Of a stretch of 64,000 nt of DNA, positions 51,093-61,783 are shown in pieces. Location of the stretch: the NCBI GenBank assembly GCA_051418015.1, contig JBPRGF010000026.1, positions 1-64,000 on the forward strand. The letters run 5' to 3'. The stretch's first letter is position 1. Each line of letters opens with the position of its first letter. The notes below the pieces were generated by a model. It saw only the letters and a list, made by a program, of their open reading frames with translations. It made no database searches and had not been told where the DNA came from. This DNA comes from Candidatus Nitrospinota bacterium M3_3B_026. GTDB taxonomy: Bacteria > Nitrospinota_A > UBA7883 > JBPRGF01. Position numbers and translations under genes: made by a program.

Positions 51093-53588
51093 CTAGGCGG
51101 CCGCGGCTCTTTTCTTCCGGGAGGTCTTTTTCGCGGGCTGTTTTCTTTTTGCGGCGCTCTTTTTCTTCGCGGTTTTTTTAGCGGGAGCCTTGCTTTTCCC
51201 GGCGCGTTTGGCCAGCGCCCACTTCAGCACCTGCCCGGCGTCCCTGGCCAGGTGGAACTTCATGGACTTGCGGATATTCTCCGGCACTTCCTGCAGGTCC
51301 TTTTCGTTGTCCACGGGGAGTATGATCTCGTCGATCCCCGCCCGCTTGGCCGCCAGGACCTTTTCCTTCACCCCCCCTATGGGCAGCACCCTGCCCCGGA
51401 GCGTTATCTCGCCGGTCATCGTGATATCCTTTCTCACGGGAGTCTCCGTCAGCGCCGAGGCTATGGCCGTGGCGATGGTGATGCCCGCCGAAGGGCCGTC
51501 CTTGGGGATGGCCCCGGCCGGCACGTGGACGTGAATGTCGGTCTTCTCGTGGAACTCCTCCGGGACACCCAGCTCCTTCGCGCGGGAGCGGATGTAGGTC
51601 AGCGCCGCCTGGGCGGACTCTTTCATCACGTCCCCCAGCTTGCCCGTTAGGGTGAGCCTTCCGGAGCCGCGCATGGGGGTGGCCTCCACGCTCATGATTT
51701 CCCCTCCAGCCTGCGTCCAGGCCACGCCGGTGGCCACGCCCACCATGTCCTTCTCCTGCTCGACCTCGGGGGTGTATACCCTGACGCCGAGGTAATCAGA
51801 GAGGTTCCCGGGGAGTATCTTGTGCTGTTTTTTCCCGCCGCTGGCGACGTCTTTGGCAGTCTTGCGGCATATCGTGGCGATGTTGCGCTCCAGGTTTCTC
51901 AGCCCCGCTTCCCGGGTGTATTGCTGGATTATCCCCCTGAGCGCCTTGTCGGTGAACTTCAGGTGTTTCAACCTCAGCCCGTGCTCGGCCAGCTGGCGGG
52001 GAATCAGGAACTTCCTGGCGATCATAACCTTCTCGTCCTCGGTGTAGCCGGAAAGCCTTATCACCTCCATCCTGTCGCGCAGAGCCGGGGGGATGGTGTC
52101 CACCACGTTCGCGGTGGTGATGAACATCACGTTGGAAAGGTCGAACGGCACGCCGAGGTAGTGGTCAACGAAGGCGTTGTTCTGGGCCGGGTCGAGCACC
52201 TCCAGGAGGGCCGACGACGGGTCGCCCCGGAAATCCGCCCCGAGCTTGTCTATCTCGTCCATCATGAAGACCGGGTTGGCCGAGCCGGCCTGTTTGAGCC
52301 CCTGGATGATCCGCCCCGGCAGGGCGCCTATGTAGGTGCGCCGGTGGCCGCGGATCTCCGCCTCGTCGCGGACGCCGCCAAGGCTTATCCGGGTGAACTT
52401 GCGCTCCAGGGCCCGCGCCACGGACTGGCCGAGGGAGGTTTTGCCCACCCCGGGGGGGCCGACGAAACAGAGGATGGGGCCTTTCATCTGGTCCTTGAGC
52501 TTGCGCACGGCCAGGTACTCCACCATCCGCTCCTTGACCTTCTCCAAGTCGTAGTGGTCCTCGTCCAGGACTTTCTGGGCAAGCTTCAAGTCCAGGTTGT
52601 CCTTCGTGGTTTTCGACCACGGTATCTCCACCATCCACTCAAGGTAGGTTCGCACGGTGGTGGCCTCGGCGGATTCGGCGTGCATCTTCGACAGCCGGTT
52701 CAACTGCTTGACCGCCTCCGCCTTCACCTCCTCCGGCATCCCGGCCTTCTCCATCTTTTTCCTGAACTCGTTTATCTCCTCTGTCTTCTCGTCGATCTCG
52801 CCCAGCTCGCGCTGTATGGCCTTGAGCTGCTCCCGCAGGTAGTATTCCCGCTGGATCTTGGACATCTCCTGCTGGGCGGCGCTCTGTATCTTCTGCTGCA
52901 TCCCCAGAAGGTCGATCTCCCGGTTCAGAACCTCCGAAACCTTCTTGATCCTGACCTGGGGGTCGATGGTCTCCAGCACCGCCTGCGCGTCCTCCACCTT
53001 CAGCCCGAGGTTCGCCGCCACGAGGTCGGCCAGTCTCCCGGGGTCGTCCAGGTTCTGCGCCGCCACGAGCAGCTCCGGCGACATCTGCTTGCCCATGTTC
53101 GCGGCCTTCTCAAGCTGTTCGCGCAGGTTGCGCGTCATCGCCTCGCTCTTCAGGTCCTCCTTGCCGCCGGGCTCCCACTCCTGCTCCATTATCCGCTCTA
53201 TCTTCACCTTGATGTACGGAGTCTTCTGGAGATAGTCGAGTATTGTGGCCTTGGCCAGGCCCTGGATCAGGATTTTCACGCCCCCCTCGGGCATCTTCAG
53301 CATCCTTACCACCATGGCCACGGTACCCACTTTGTACAGGTCATCCGCGGAAGGGTCCTCGGTGGAGGGGTCCTTCTGGGCCGAGAGCATCAGGAGCCTG
53401 TCGCCGGCCAGCGCCTCGTTGACGGCGTTTATGGAGCTTTCCCTCCCCACGAAAAGCGGGAGGACCATGTACGGGAAGACCACCATGTCCCGCACCGGCA
53501 GCAGGGGCAGCGTGTCCGGTATCTCCAGGCCGCCCTGATCCTGAGTTACGGCTCCCTTCTCCTCGTCTCCCTGCGTTCCCTTGGCCAT
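51093..53588 (-). CDS. lon: Lon protease (LonA)
   Basis: [36 protein letters not shown]; basic C-terminal tail. Confidence 0.97.
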   Translation of the reverse strand: MAKGTQGDEEKGAVTQDQGGLEIPDTLPLLPVRDMVVFPYMVLPLFVGRESSINAVNEALAGDRLLMLSAQKDPSTEDPSADDLYKVGTVAMVVRMLKMPEGGVKILIQGLAKATILDYLQKTPYIKVKIERIMEQEWEPGGKEDLKSEAMTRNLREQLEKAANMGKQMSPELLVAAQNLDDPGRLADLVAANLGLKVEDAQAVLETIDPQVRIKKVSEVLNREIDLLGMQQKIQSAAQQEMSKIQREYYLREQLKAIQRELGEIDEKTEEINEFRKKMEKAGMPEEVKAEAVKQLNRLSKMHAESAEATTVRTYLEWMVEIPWSKTTKDNLDLKLAQKVLDEDHYDLEKVKERMVEYLAVRKLKDQMKGPILCFVGPPGVGKTSLGQSVARALERKFTRISLGGVRDEAEIRGHRRTYIGALPGRIIQGLKQAGSANPVFMMDEIDKLGADFRGDPSSALLEVLDPAQNNAFVDHYLGVPFDLSNVMFITTANVVDTIPPALRDRMEVIRLSGYTEDEKVMIARKFLIPRQLAEHGLRLKHLKFTDKALRGIIQQYTREAGLRNLERNIATICRKTAKDVASGGKKQHKILPGNLSDYLGVRVYTPEVEQEKDMVGVATGVAWTQAGGEIMSVEATPMRGSGRLTLTGKLGDVMKESAQAALTYIRSRAKELGVPEEFHEKTDIHVHVPAGAIPKDGPSAGITIATAIASALTETPVRKDITMTGEITLRGRVLPIGGVKEKVLAAKRAGIDEIILPVDNEKDLQEVPENIRKSMKFHLARDAGQVLKWALAKRAGKSKAPAKKTAKKKSAAKRKQPAKKTSRKKRAAAA

Positions 53589-53600
53589 CGCTCTCCAGCT

Positions 53601-54050
53601 CTATGGTTTTTCTATGGATATTTTCCGCGCCTTGTTCCGGCGCTCCTCGCGCTTGGGCAATCTTATTGCCAAAACACCGTCTTTGTATACCCCCCTGGCG
53701 GAGGCCGCGTCAACGGGGGCGGGAAGCTTGAGAAATCTCCTCACCGGGCCGAAGCTGCGCTCCAGGCAGAGGAAATTGATCCCGTCCTTCTTTTCGGGAT
53801 CCTCCTTTTTCATCCCCTCCACGATGAGCCAGCCTCCCTGTATCATGACATCTATGCCGGAGGCGTCCATACCCGGAAGATCGACCTCCACGGTGATCTC
53901 GGCCCCGGTCTCGCGGACGTCCATCTGGGCGAAGCTCGTCTCGCCCAGTATATCCATCTGGGCGAAAACGGACGCCAGGCTGGGGGAACTCTCCTCCATC
54001 ATGGAGAAGATGGAGTGGAAAACAGGCTTCCCGGTGAAATCCGATCCCAT
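53601..54050 (-). CDS. Hsp20/alpha-crystallin small heat-shock protein
   Basis: DVRET, VDLPG, ERSFG, YKDGVLAIRLPK; upstream of lon. Confidence 0.9.
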   Translation of the reverse strand: MGSDFTGKPVFHSIFSMMEESSPSLASVFAQMDILGETSFAQMDVRETGAEITVEVDLPGMDASGIDVMIQGGWLIVEGMKKEDPEKKDGINFLCLERSFGPVRRFLKLPAPVDAASARGVYKDGVLAIRLPKREERRNKARKISIEKP

Positions 54051-54157
54051 GCGGTCCCGTCCGAATGGCGTTCTCAAAGCCAGTATATTAACATACAGGC
54101 GCCGGGGGGAAGGAAGGGCGTGAAAAAACGCGCCCCGAAGAACCGGAGGAGAAAAGC

Positions 54158-54679
54158 ATGATAAAACCCTGGAAGGACAAGACGCCGAAGGTCGACCCCA
54201 CTGCCTTCGTCGACGAGAGCGCCAAGGTCATTGGCGACGTCGCCATAGGGGCGGAGTCCAGCGTATGGTTCAACGCCGTGGCGCGGGGCGACGTTAACTA
54301 CATCCGCATAGGCGCGAGGACCAATATCCAGGACGGCGCCGTGCTGCACGTCACCGGAACACCGTCGTACCCTTTGATCCTGGGCGACGACGTCACCGTG
54401 GGGCACAGCGTCACCCTTCACGGATGCGTCATAGAAGGCCCCGCCCTCATCGGCATGGGCGCCATAGTGATGGATGGGGCCGTCCTCAAACCCGACGTGA
54501 TAGTCGCCGCGGGCGCCGTGGTGGCGGAGGGGACGGTCGTGGAGGAGGGCTGGCTCGTCATGGGCGTGCCAGCCAGGCCGAAACGAAGACTCACGGACGA
54601 GGAGCGCTCCTGGATCGCCCGCTCGGCCCGGAACTACGTGGAATACCGTCTCGACTATATGGAAAACCGGGGAGGGTAG
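54158..54679 (+). CDS. gamma carbonic anhydrase family protein (YrdA/PaaY-like)
   Basis: Hexapeptide repeats, RGD, NIQDG..LH, VGH..LHGC. Confidence 0.92.
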   Translation: MIKPWKDKTPKVDPTAFVDESAKVIGDVAIGAESSVWFNAVARGDVNYIRIGARTNIQDGAVLHVTGTPSYPLILGDDVTVGHSVTLHGCVIEGPALIGMGAIVMDGAVLKPDVIVAAGAVVAEGTVVEEGWLVMGVPARPKRRLTDEERSWIARSARNYVEYRLDYMENRGG

Positions 54680-54719
54680 CGAAGCGCGGAGTATCGAGCT
54701 ATAATTTCAGGTTCAACGC

Positions 54720-54913
<194 letters not shown>

Positions 54914-55051
54914 ATCCTCAAACTCCACCGGCTTCAATATCGGACGTATGAGCAGGCTGATGACGCCGTTTCGCGTTTCCACCTTGAGCCGCCTCTTTTC
55001 CTGCGGATTTGATTGGATTATAATTACTTGTTTATAAAAGAGGCCAGGGGG

Positions 55052-55423
55052 ATGAAGGAAAAGAGAGGCCAGGGCGCTGTACAGGATTACCTGAAGGAGC
55101 TATCCGTGGCTACCGGCAGGGTGGAGAGGTTTTTTTCCAACAAGCCGTTAAGCTCGGCGGACCTGGACAAGATCCTGGAATACGCGGGCGCCGTCGAGGA
55201 CATCCACAGGCGCCTCCAGGAGTCATACGACTTTACCAACGGCGGGTCGAGGATACTCGAACAGTTCTTCAACGAGTGGAACAACATGGTCTTCGGCGTC
55301 TTCTACACCGCCGACCTGGTGGAGATGAACAGGACATTGACCGCCGGCCAGTACGACACATTCCTTCTCACCATCCGGAGCATCCAGAAATACATAGACA
55401 ACTTCGGGGTCAGAAAGGGCTAG
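55052..55423 (+). CDS. hypothetical alpha-helical protein
   Basis: 123-aa ORF with GC3-rich codons, purine-rich RBS and TATAAT at 55019-55024. Confidence 0.7.
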   Translation: MKEKRGQGAVQDYLKELSVATGRVERFFSNKPLSSADLDKILEYAGAVEDIHRRLQESYDFTNGGSRILEQFFNEWNNMVFGVFYTADLVEMNRTLTAGQYDTFLLTIRSIQKYIDNFGVRKG

Positions 55424-55435
55424 GCCCGCCCAAGG

Positions 55436-57466
55436 CTACGAGACCCTGAGGCCGCTTCCGACGTCCCCGTCCGGCGTGATGAGCTTCAGAGTCCCGCCGT
55501 CGTTGACGGCCAGCAACATCCCCTGTGACTCTATCCCCTTCAGCTTGCGAGGCTTCAGGTTCGCCACGATGACCACCGTTTTCCCGATGACCTCCTCCGG
55601 CGCGCAGCTTTGGGCGATCCCGGCGACGATCGTCCGCTCCTCGCCTCCGGCGTCGACGGTCAGCTTCAAGAGCTTGTCGGTTTTCGGGACGCGCTCGGCC
55701 TCAAGGACAGTCGCCGTCCGCAGATCGACCTTCGCGAAGTCTTCAAAATCTATCGGTTCGCCTATCGGCGCTATCTCGCGCTTGGCAGGCCCCTGGGGCG
55801 CGGCGCTTTCTTTGGAGACCTCCAGAAGTTTTTCGATCGCCTTCGGGTCCACCCGCTCCGCCAACCGCTCGAACTGGCCGATGGGGCGTCCGCCTTTTTC
55901 CTTTATCAAGGCATCGGGGGCGAACGACTCCCATTTCATGGGCGCGATGCCCAGGATGCGCTCCACCTTTTCGGCGAAAGCAGGGACGATGGGTTTCAGG
56001 AGTTTCGATATCTGCATGAATGCGGTTATGCCCGCCGTGAGGATGCGCCGCTGATGCCCCGGGTCGTTTTTATATTCCCAGGGTTTTTCGGTGTCGATGT
56101 AACCGTTGGCCTCGTCCGCCAAGCGCATGATTTTTCGCGTGGCGGCGGCGAAATCGAGATTTTCGTAGTCTTTGAGTATATGCCCGACTTCATCCCAGAT
56201 ATTGCCAAGCAATTTCGCTTCGTTTGACCACAAACTCGCTTCCAGCCTGTTCTCAAGCTCCTTGCGCTTGTTCATCATCCCGATGGTCCGCGAGCCGAGG
56301 TTGGCGACCTTGTTCACCAGTTCGGCGTTGACGCGGAACATGAAATCCTCGAAGTTCAGGTCGAGGTCGTCGACGGAGTTTTTGAGCTTGCAGGCGTAGT
56401 AATAGCGCAGGTACTCGGGGTTTAAGTGATCCAGGTAGTCCCGCGCCATGATAAAAGTCCCCTTGGACTTGGACATCTTCTCGCCGTTGACGGTGAGGAA
56501 GCCATGGACGTGTATCTTCGACGGGAGTTTGAAGCCCGCCCCCTCGAGCATCGGTATCCAGAACAGGGTATGGAAATAGACTATGTCTTTGCCGATGAAG
56601 TGGTGTATCTCGGCCTCGCCGCTTATCCAGAGCGCGTCGAAGTCCTCCCCCGCCCTTTTGGCCCAGCTCTTCGCGGCGGAGATGTAGCCTATCGGCGCGT
56701 CGAGCCAGACGTAAAAATACTTGTTCTCCTCGCCCGGTATCCTGAATCCGAAATAAGGCCCGTCGCGGGAGATGTCCCAGTCCCGCAGCCCCTCCTTCAT
56801 CCATGTGGCCAGGTAATTTTTCACCTCCGGCTGGAGCGCGTCTCCTTCCAGGTATTTTTTCAGCGTCGCGTGAAAATGCTCCACCCGGAAGAAAAGATGT
56901 TTCGACGTCTTCCTGACAGGCGTCGTCCCGCACAGCGAGCAGCGCGGCTCTTTCAGCTCCGTCGGGCTGTAGTGCGACCCGCACGCCTCGCAGACGTCGC
57001 CGTACTGGTCCTCCGCGCCGCACCGTGGGCACACGCCTCGCACGAACCTGTCCGGCAGGAACATTTTGTCGTGCTCGCAGTATGCCTGCTCCACATCGCT
57101 GGAGACTATGTGGCCGCCCTCCTTGAGCTTGAGGTAAACCTCCTCGGAAAGCTCCCTGTTCTCCTCGGAGTTGGTGGAGTGGTAGTTGTCGAACTCGATC
57201 AGGAAATCGGCGAAGTCGCGCTGGTGTTCGGTGTGGTATCGCTCGATGATCTTCTCCGGCGCCACCCCCTCGTTTTTCGCCCGGATCATGATGGGGGCGC
57301 CGTGGGTGTCGTCAGCGCAGAAGTAGAGACATCTTTTACCCCTCATCTTCTGGAACCTGACGAAGATGTCCGTCTGGATATACTCCACCAGGTGCCCCAG
57401 GTGGATGGGCCCGTTGGCGTAGGGCAGGGCCGACGTGACGACCATCGTTTTAGGGGTTTGGCGCAT
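55436..57466 (-). CDS. metG: methionyl-tRNA synthetase with C-terminal tRNA-binding domain
   Basis: ALPYANGPIHLGH, DTHG, two zinc knuckles, YVWLDA, KMSKS, ANLKPRKLKG. Confidence 0.97.
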   Translation of the reverse strand: MRQTPKTMVVTSALPYANGPIHLGHLVEYIQTDIFVRFQKMRGKRCLYFCADDTHGAPIMIRAKNEGVAPEKIIERYHTEHQRDFADFLIEFDNYHSTNSEENRELSEEVYLKLKEGGHIVSSDVEQAYCEHDKMFLPDRFVRGVCPRCGAEDQYGDVCEACGSHYSPTELKEPRCSLCGTTPVRKTSKHLFFRVEHFHATLKKYLEGDALQPEVKNYLATWMKEGLRDWDISRDGPYFGFRIPGEENKYFYVWLDAPIGYISAAKSWAKRAGEDFDALWISGEAEIHHFIGKDIVYFHTLFWIPMLEGAGFKLPSKIHVHGFLTVNGEKMSKSKGTFIMARDYLDHLNPEYLRYYYACKLKNSVDDLDLNFEDFMFRVNAELVNKVANLGSRTIGMMNKRKELENRLEASLWSNEAKLLGNIWDEVGHILKDYENLDFAAATRKIMRLADEANGYIDTEKPWEYKNDPGHQRRILTAGITAFMQISKLLKPIVPAFAEKVERILGIAPMKWESFAPDALIKEKGGRPIGQFERLAERVDPKAIEKLLEVSKESAAPQGPAKREIAPIGEPIDFEDFAKVDLRTATVLEAERVPKTDKLLKLTVDAGGEERTIVAGIAQSCAPEEVIGKTVVIVANLKPRKLKGIESQGMLLAVNDGGTLKLITPDGDVGSGLRVS

Positions 57467-57655
57467 CCTTTCAGGTCCTCCGGCATCAATCCTTCTAGTG
57501 AACGGCCATTGTAGCACGGGGCCCGTGGGCTTCAACGGCGCCGCGCGTGTTGGCGAATCGCGCCGGACGGGCTATCATGTATGGGCGGCCCGGCTTTTCA
57601 GCCCGCGGCCGCGGCGTAACTGGTTTTTTTCGAAAAAACCCTGGATGGAGGGGGG

Positions 57656-58846
57656 ATGAAGGTGATCGACCAAGCGCGGCGCGCGGGGCTGACGGCTCCG
57701 GCCTTTCTCCTTGCGGTCTTTCTGCTCCTTCCCGCCGGGCCGGGGCTGGGCCAGCCGCCCCACGAGAAGATAAAAATCAACGAGACCGGTTTCACCTCCA
57801 GCGAGGTGTGCGGCAAGTGCCACACCCAGATATACGACAGGTGGAAGGAGTCGATGCACGCCAGGGCGACGGCGGATCCCATCTTCCGCGCCTCGTACAT
57901 GGAGGCGAGCTACAAGAGCGAGGGCAAGGCGGCGAAGGTTTGCCTGCGGTGCCACGCGCCCACCACCAGGTTCACCCACGAATATAACTTCGACGTCACC
58001 CCCACCTCCGAGGGGATCTCCTGCGACTTCTGCCACAGCATGAAGGAGGTGGACCTTGCCAACGAGGAATACCCCTTCGAGATAGAGTTCGGGCTGGTGA
58101 AATACGGCCCCAACAAAAAAGGCGACGTCAAGCAGCACAAGGTCGCCTACTCCAGGCTGCACACCGAGGCCAGGTTCTGCGCCTCCTGCCACGAGTACCG
58201 GCCGAACGGCGTCCCCGTGATGACCACCTACAGCGAGTGGAAGGAGAGCGTCTACGCCGAAGAGGGCAAGCCCTGCCAGTATTGCCACATGCCGGAGATT
58301 CCGGGTGAGATATCGGACAAGGTAATAGGCGAACGCGGCCCGAAGATATTCAGCCATGACCTGGCCGGGGGCCACTCCATAACCCAGTTGAAGAAGGCCC
58401 TGGCCCTGAAAATCACCGGCGTGGAGAGAGGCGAGGACAGAATGACGGTGAAGGTGAGCCTGACGAACACCGGCTCCGGCCACCGCGTTCCCACGGGGAT
58501 ACCGACCCGCAAGCTGATCCTCTACTGCGAGGTGAGGGCGCCGGGCGGCAAGGTCTACAAGGACAGGATCGTCTACGAGAAGGCGATATTCGACGAGAAC
58601 GGCTACGAGCTGACCAGCGACGCGGACATCATGCTCGGCCGCGGCAGGAGCCTCGCCAAGGACAACCGCATCTATCCCAAGGAGACACGGAGCGAGTCGT
58701 TCACCTTCTACGTTCCGGGGAACAGGCGCGCGTCGGTCTCGGTCTGGGTGGACTACCTTTACACCCCGGTCATAATGCAGGAGACCGAGATGCGCATCGA
58801 GATGAACAGGGACGAGACGGTGTCGCGGCCGACGGCGGGAAGGTAG
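57656..58846 (+). CDS. exported pentaheme cytochrome c (c554-like) with a C-terminal beta domain
   Basis: Signal peptide; CGKCH, CLRCH, CDFCH, CASCH, CQYCH; GHRVPTG motif. Confidence 0.88.
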   Translation: MKVIDQARRAGLTAPAFLLAVFLLLPAGPGLGQPPHEKIKINETGFTSSEVCGKCHTQIYDRWKESMHARATADPIFRASYMEASYKSEGKAAKVCLRCHAPTTRFTHEYNFDVTPTSEGISCDFCHSMKEVDLANEEYPFEIEFGLVKYGPNKKGDVKQHKVAYSRLHTEARFCASCHEYRPNGVPVMTTYSEWKESVYAEEGKPCQYCHMPEIPGEISDKVIGERGPKIFSHDLAGGHSITQLKKALALKITGVERGEDRMTVKVSLTNTGSGHRVPTGIPTRKLILYCEVRAPGGKVYKDRIVYEKAIFDENGYELTSDADIMLGRGRSLAKDNRIYPKETRSESFTFYVPGNRRASVSVWVDYLYTPVIMQETEMRIEMNRDETVSRPTAGR

Positions 58847-58849
58847 AAG

Positions 58850-59305
58850 ATGGTCACCGAGGCGCTGGGCAGGCTGGCGGAGACGAGGCGAAGATTTCTG
58901 AACTTCGTCCTCGGCGCGCTGGGGCTTGCCTCCCTGGCGGGGGTTTTGTACCCGGTGGGGGCGTACCTTTGGCCGCCGCGCCGGGAGAGGGGCGCGGCGG
59001 GCGTCCGGTCGATGAAATTCCCCTTGAGCGACCTGCCGATCGGGGAGGCGAAGTTCGTGCGTTTTCTGAACAAGCCGGCGGTGATAATCCGCCCCAACGA
59101 GCAGGAGCTCGTGGCCCTGTCGGCCATATGCACCCACCTGGGATGCGTTGTCAAATGGGAGGAGGACTCCGGCGAGCTTTTCTGCCCCTGCCACGGAGGC
59201 AAGTTCGACGCCAAGGGGAACGTGCTGGCGGGCCCTCCGCCGTCGCCTCTTCCCGCGTACCCGGCGCGGGTGGAGGACGAGTACGTGGTCATAGAGGAGG
59301 CCTGA
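58850..59305 (+). CDS. Rieske [2Fe-2S] subunit
   Basis: Tat anchor TRRRFL plus TM helix; CTHLGC and CPCHG. Confidence 0.95.
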   Translation: MVTEALGRLAETRRRFLNFVLGALGLASLAGVLYPVGAYLWPPRRERGAAGVRSMKFPLSDLPIGEAKFVRFLNKPAVIIRPNEQELVALSAICTHLGCVVKWEEDSGELFCPCHGGKFDAKGNVLAGPPPSPLPAYPARVEDEYVVIEEA

Positions 59306-59312
59306 CGAGATC

Positions 59313-60014
59313 ATGGAGATGGACACCCTTGAGCTGGGGCCGTTCCGGATAAGGAACAGGCTTTTCATAAGGCTCTACTCCGCCCTCAACGACCGGCTGG
59401 GAGTCCAGGAGATACTCGACGACGAGGTCTTCGAGAAGATCGTCCCGGCGCATCTTAACTTCTGGTCCTGTTTCGGGGGGATAAGCTTTTTCCTTTTCAT
59501 AAGCCAGGCGGTCACCGGGATGCTGCTTATGGTCTATTACCAGCCGACGATAGACCAGGCCCACGCCTCCGTGGCCAGGATCATGAACGAGGTGCCGTTC
59601 GGCTGGCTGATCCGCGGGATACACGCATGGGGGGCGAACCTGATGATCGTGACCATCCTGATCCACATGACGAAAATATACATAAGCGGAATATACAAGG
59701 CCCCCAGGGAGCTCAACTGGGTCGTGGGAGCGACGCTTTTCATGCTGACCCTGGGGTTGGCCTTCACCGGCTACCTGCTGCCATGGACGCAGCTTGCCTA
59801 CTGGGCCACGGTGGTGGGGACGGAGACCCCGGCGGCAATCCCCTATATAGGAGAGGGGCTGCGCTTTTTGATGCGCGGAGGGGAGGAGATAGGGCAGGTG
59901 ACGCTGACGAGGTTCTTCGCGGCGCACGTCATGATACTTCCGGCCGTCACGGGCCTTGTCGTCGTCCTGCATCTTGCGCAGATACGGAGACAGGGGATAT
60001 CCGGCCCCATGTAG
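59313..60014 (+). CDS. cytochrome b6-like subunit (PetB/QcrB type)
   Basis: SCFGG, RGIHAWGAN..H, TGYLLPW, LTRFFAAH..H, GISGP; ends after four helices. Confidence 0.95.
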   Translation: MEMDTLELGPFRIRNRLFIRLYSALNDRLGVQEILDDEVFEKIVPAHLNFWSCFGGISFFLFISQAVTGMLLMVYYQPTIDQAHASVARIMNEVPFGWLIRGIHAWGANLMIVTILIHMTKIYISGIYKAPRELNWVVGATLFMLTLGLAFTGYLLPWTQLAYWATVVGTETPAAIPYIGEGLRFLMRGGEEIGQVTLTRFFAAHVMILPAVTGLVVVLHLAQIRRQGISGPM

Positions 60015-60089
60015 GTGGAGAGTTTTTCAGATATGGCTTGCCAGACGGAATTCACTGAAAAGAAAGAGTGCGAGGTCAAGGCGTTGCCG

Positions 60090-60521
60090 ATGGAGGAGAA
60101 AAAGCGCCTGATCCGCGAGGGCAGGGCGTACTGGTTCTTCCCGGCCCACGTGACCGAGCAGGTGGTGATGTGCCTTGTGGTCCTGATGATCCTGGTGACC
60201 ATCTCCACGCTGATCCCGCCGCACCTGGGGGCGAAGGCGGACCCCTTCGACACGCCGGAGCATATCAAGCCGGAGTGGTATTTTCTCGCCGCCTACTACA
60301 GCCTCAGGGTGGCGCAGTACTTCGAGTTCCTGGGGGGCTGGGCGCCGAAGCTGCTCGGGATAATGGCCCAGGGCCTGGCGGCGCTGGCGCTTTTGCTCGT
60401 GCCCTTCATAGACAGGGGCGGCAAGGAGAGAAGGCCCTCGAAGCGGCCCGTGGCCATGATCCTGAGCGCGCTCGCGGCGGGGGTGGCGATCCTCTTCACC
60501 ATCCTCGGCTACATCGCGTAA
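60090..60521 (+). CDS. cytochrome b6 complex subunit IV-like (PetD type)
   Basis: ADPFDTPEHIKPEWYF, LVPFID, RP..KRP; start uncertain (60015, 60033 or 60090). Confidence 0.92.
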   Translation: MEEKKRLIREGRAYWFFPAHVTEQVVMCLVVLMILVTISTLIPPHLGAKADPFDTPEHIKPEWYFLAAYYSLRVAQYFEFLGGWAPKLLGIMAQGLAALALLLVPFIDRGGKERRPSKRPVAMILSALAAGVAILFTILGYIA

Positions 60522-60540
60522 CAACCCCGGCCGGGGTGTG

Positions 60541-61086
60541 TCAACGCGGGTGGATAAGCGACAGGAACTCCTGCCTCGTCCGTGGATCCGTCTTGAACCC
60601 TCCCAGCATGGCCGAGGTGATGCTGATGGAGTCCTGTTTCTCCACCCCCCGCATCGCCATGCAAAGGTGCAAAGCCTCGATGACCACCCCGACACCCTTG
60701 GGCCTCAGCCCCTCCCAGAGGGCTCCCGCCACCTGGTTCGTCAGCCGCTCCTGGACCTGCAGCCTGCGGGCGAAGACCTCCACCACCCGCGGGATCTTGG
60801 ACAGGCCGATGATCCTGCCGTCGGGGATGTAGGCCACGTGGGCCTTGCCGTAAAAGGGGAGCATGTGATGCTCGCAAAGAGAAAAAAGGTCTATATCCTT
60901 CACGATCACCATCTCGTCGCAGGTCTCCTCGAACAGCGCGCCGGCGATGACCTTCGCCGCGTCCATCCTGTAGCCGCTGGTCAGGTATCGCAGGGACTTT
61001 TCAACTCTCTCGGGAGTCTTCTCGAGTCCCTCCCGCGTGGGGTCTTCCCCCATCTCGACGATCAGTTTTCTTACGCTTTCTTTCAT
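60541..61086 (-). CDS. folE: GTP cyclohydrolase I
   Basis: [45 protein letters not shown]. Confidence 0.97.
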   Translation of the reverse strand: MKESVRKLIVEMGEDPTREGLEKTPERVEKSLRYLTSGYRMDAAKVIAGALFEETCDEMVIVKDIDLFSLCEHHMLPFYGKAHVAYIPDGRIIGLSKIPRVVEVFARRLQVQERLTNQVAGALWEGLRPKGVGVVIEALHLCMAMRGVEKQDSISITSAMLGGFKTDPRTRQEFLSLIHPR

Positions 61087-61154
61087 GACGGGACGCCTTC
61101 CACGCCTCTTAAAGAGCAGACCTTCGCATAATTTACTCGAATCCGCCCGCTGTT

Positions 61155-61256
61155 GTCGTCCTGAACGAGCGGCGTTTTCGCCGCGATGTGAAGGACCTTG
61201 ATTTCATTATGACAAACAGTAAAGGCAAGATCTTTCGCCTTTGGCTCAGGACTGCA
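61155..61256. repeat. REP-like palindromic element
   Basis: Left arm GTCGTCCTGAACG...GTGAAGGACCTTG pairs imperfectly with right arm CAAGATCTTTCGCC...GCTCAGGACTGC. Confidence 0.7.
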
Positions 61257-61360
61257 AAAGAGTGAATCATCCAGGTTAGCAAAGCGCTCCTTAAAGGGGG
61301 GCGCGCCGGGGAGTTTCCGCGCATGGCCCGCCCCGCGAAGACGGCGGGGCGCGGCGAAGG

Positions 61361-61645
61361 TCAGGCGGATTCGTTGTTTACCGCCTGTTTGAAGTGTTTT
61401 CCGGCCTTGAACCTCACCACCTTCCGGGCCGAAATCTCCGCCTCCTCGCCCGTCTTGGGGTTCCTGCCGATCCGGGGGTTTTTCGAGCGGGTCTGGAACG
61501 AGCCGAACCTGCGCAGTATCACCGGCTCGTCCTCGGCGAGGGTCTCCTTGATGAGGGATATGATTGTCTCTATGGCGATGTCGGCGTCCTGCTTGGACAG
61601 GCCGGTGACGTCGGCCACACGGTTGATGATGTCTATCTTGGTCAT
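61361..61645 (-). CDS. HU/IHF family DNA-binding protein
   Basis: MTKIDII, FGSF, GRNPKTGE, RKVVRFK. Confidence 0.93.
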   Translation of the reverse strand: MTKIDIINRVADVTGLSKQDADIAIETIISLIKETLAEDEPVILRRFGSFQTRSKNPRIGRNPKTGEEAEISARKVVRFKAGKHFKQAVNNESA

Positions 61646-61783
61646 ATCGGCTTTTCCCCTGAACTGGTTTCAAAGACGCGAAGGACCTCTCCTCGTTCCA
61701 CCGTAACATCTTGGATTATAAAATTATATGGCGCCAGGCCCCGCCATTGCCAGTAAAATATTTTCAAAAAAACAAGCGCTGTC

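Noticed and set aside
61122..61145. TTCGCATAAT resembling the XerC arm of dif
   Set aside because: No XerD arm (TTATGTTAAAT) follows
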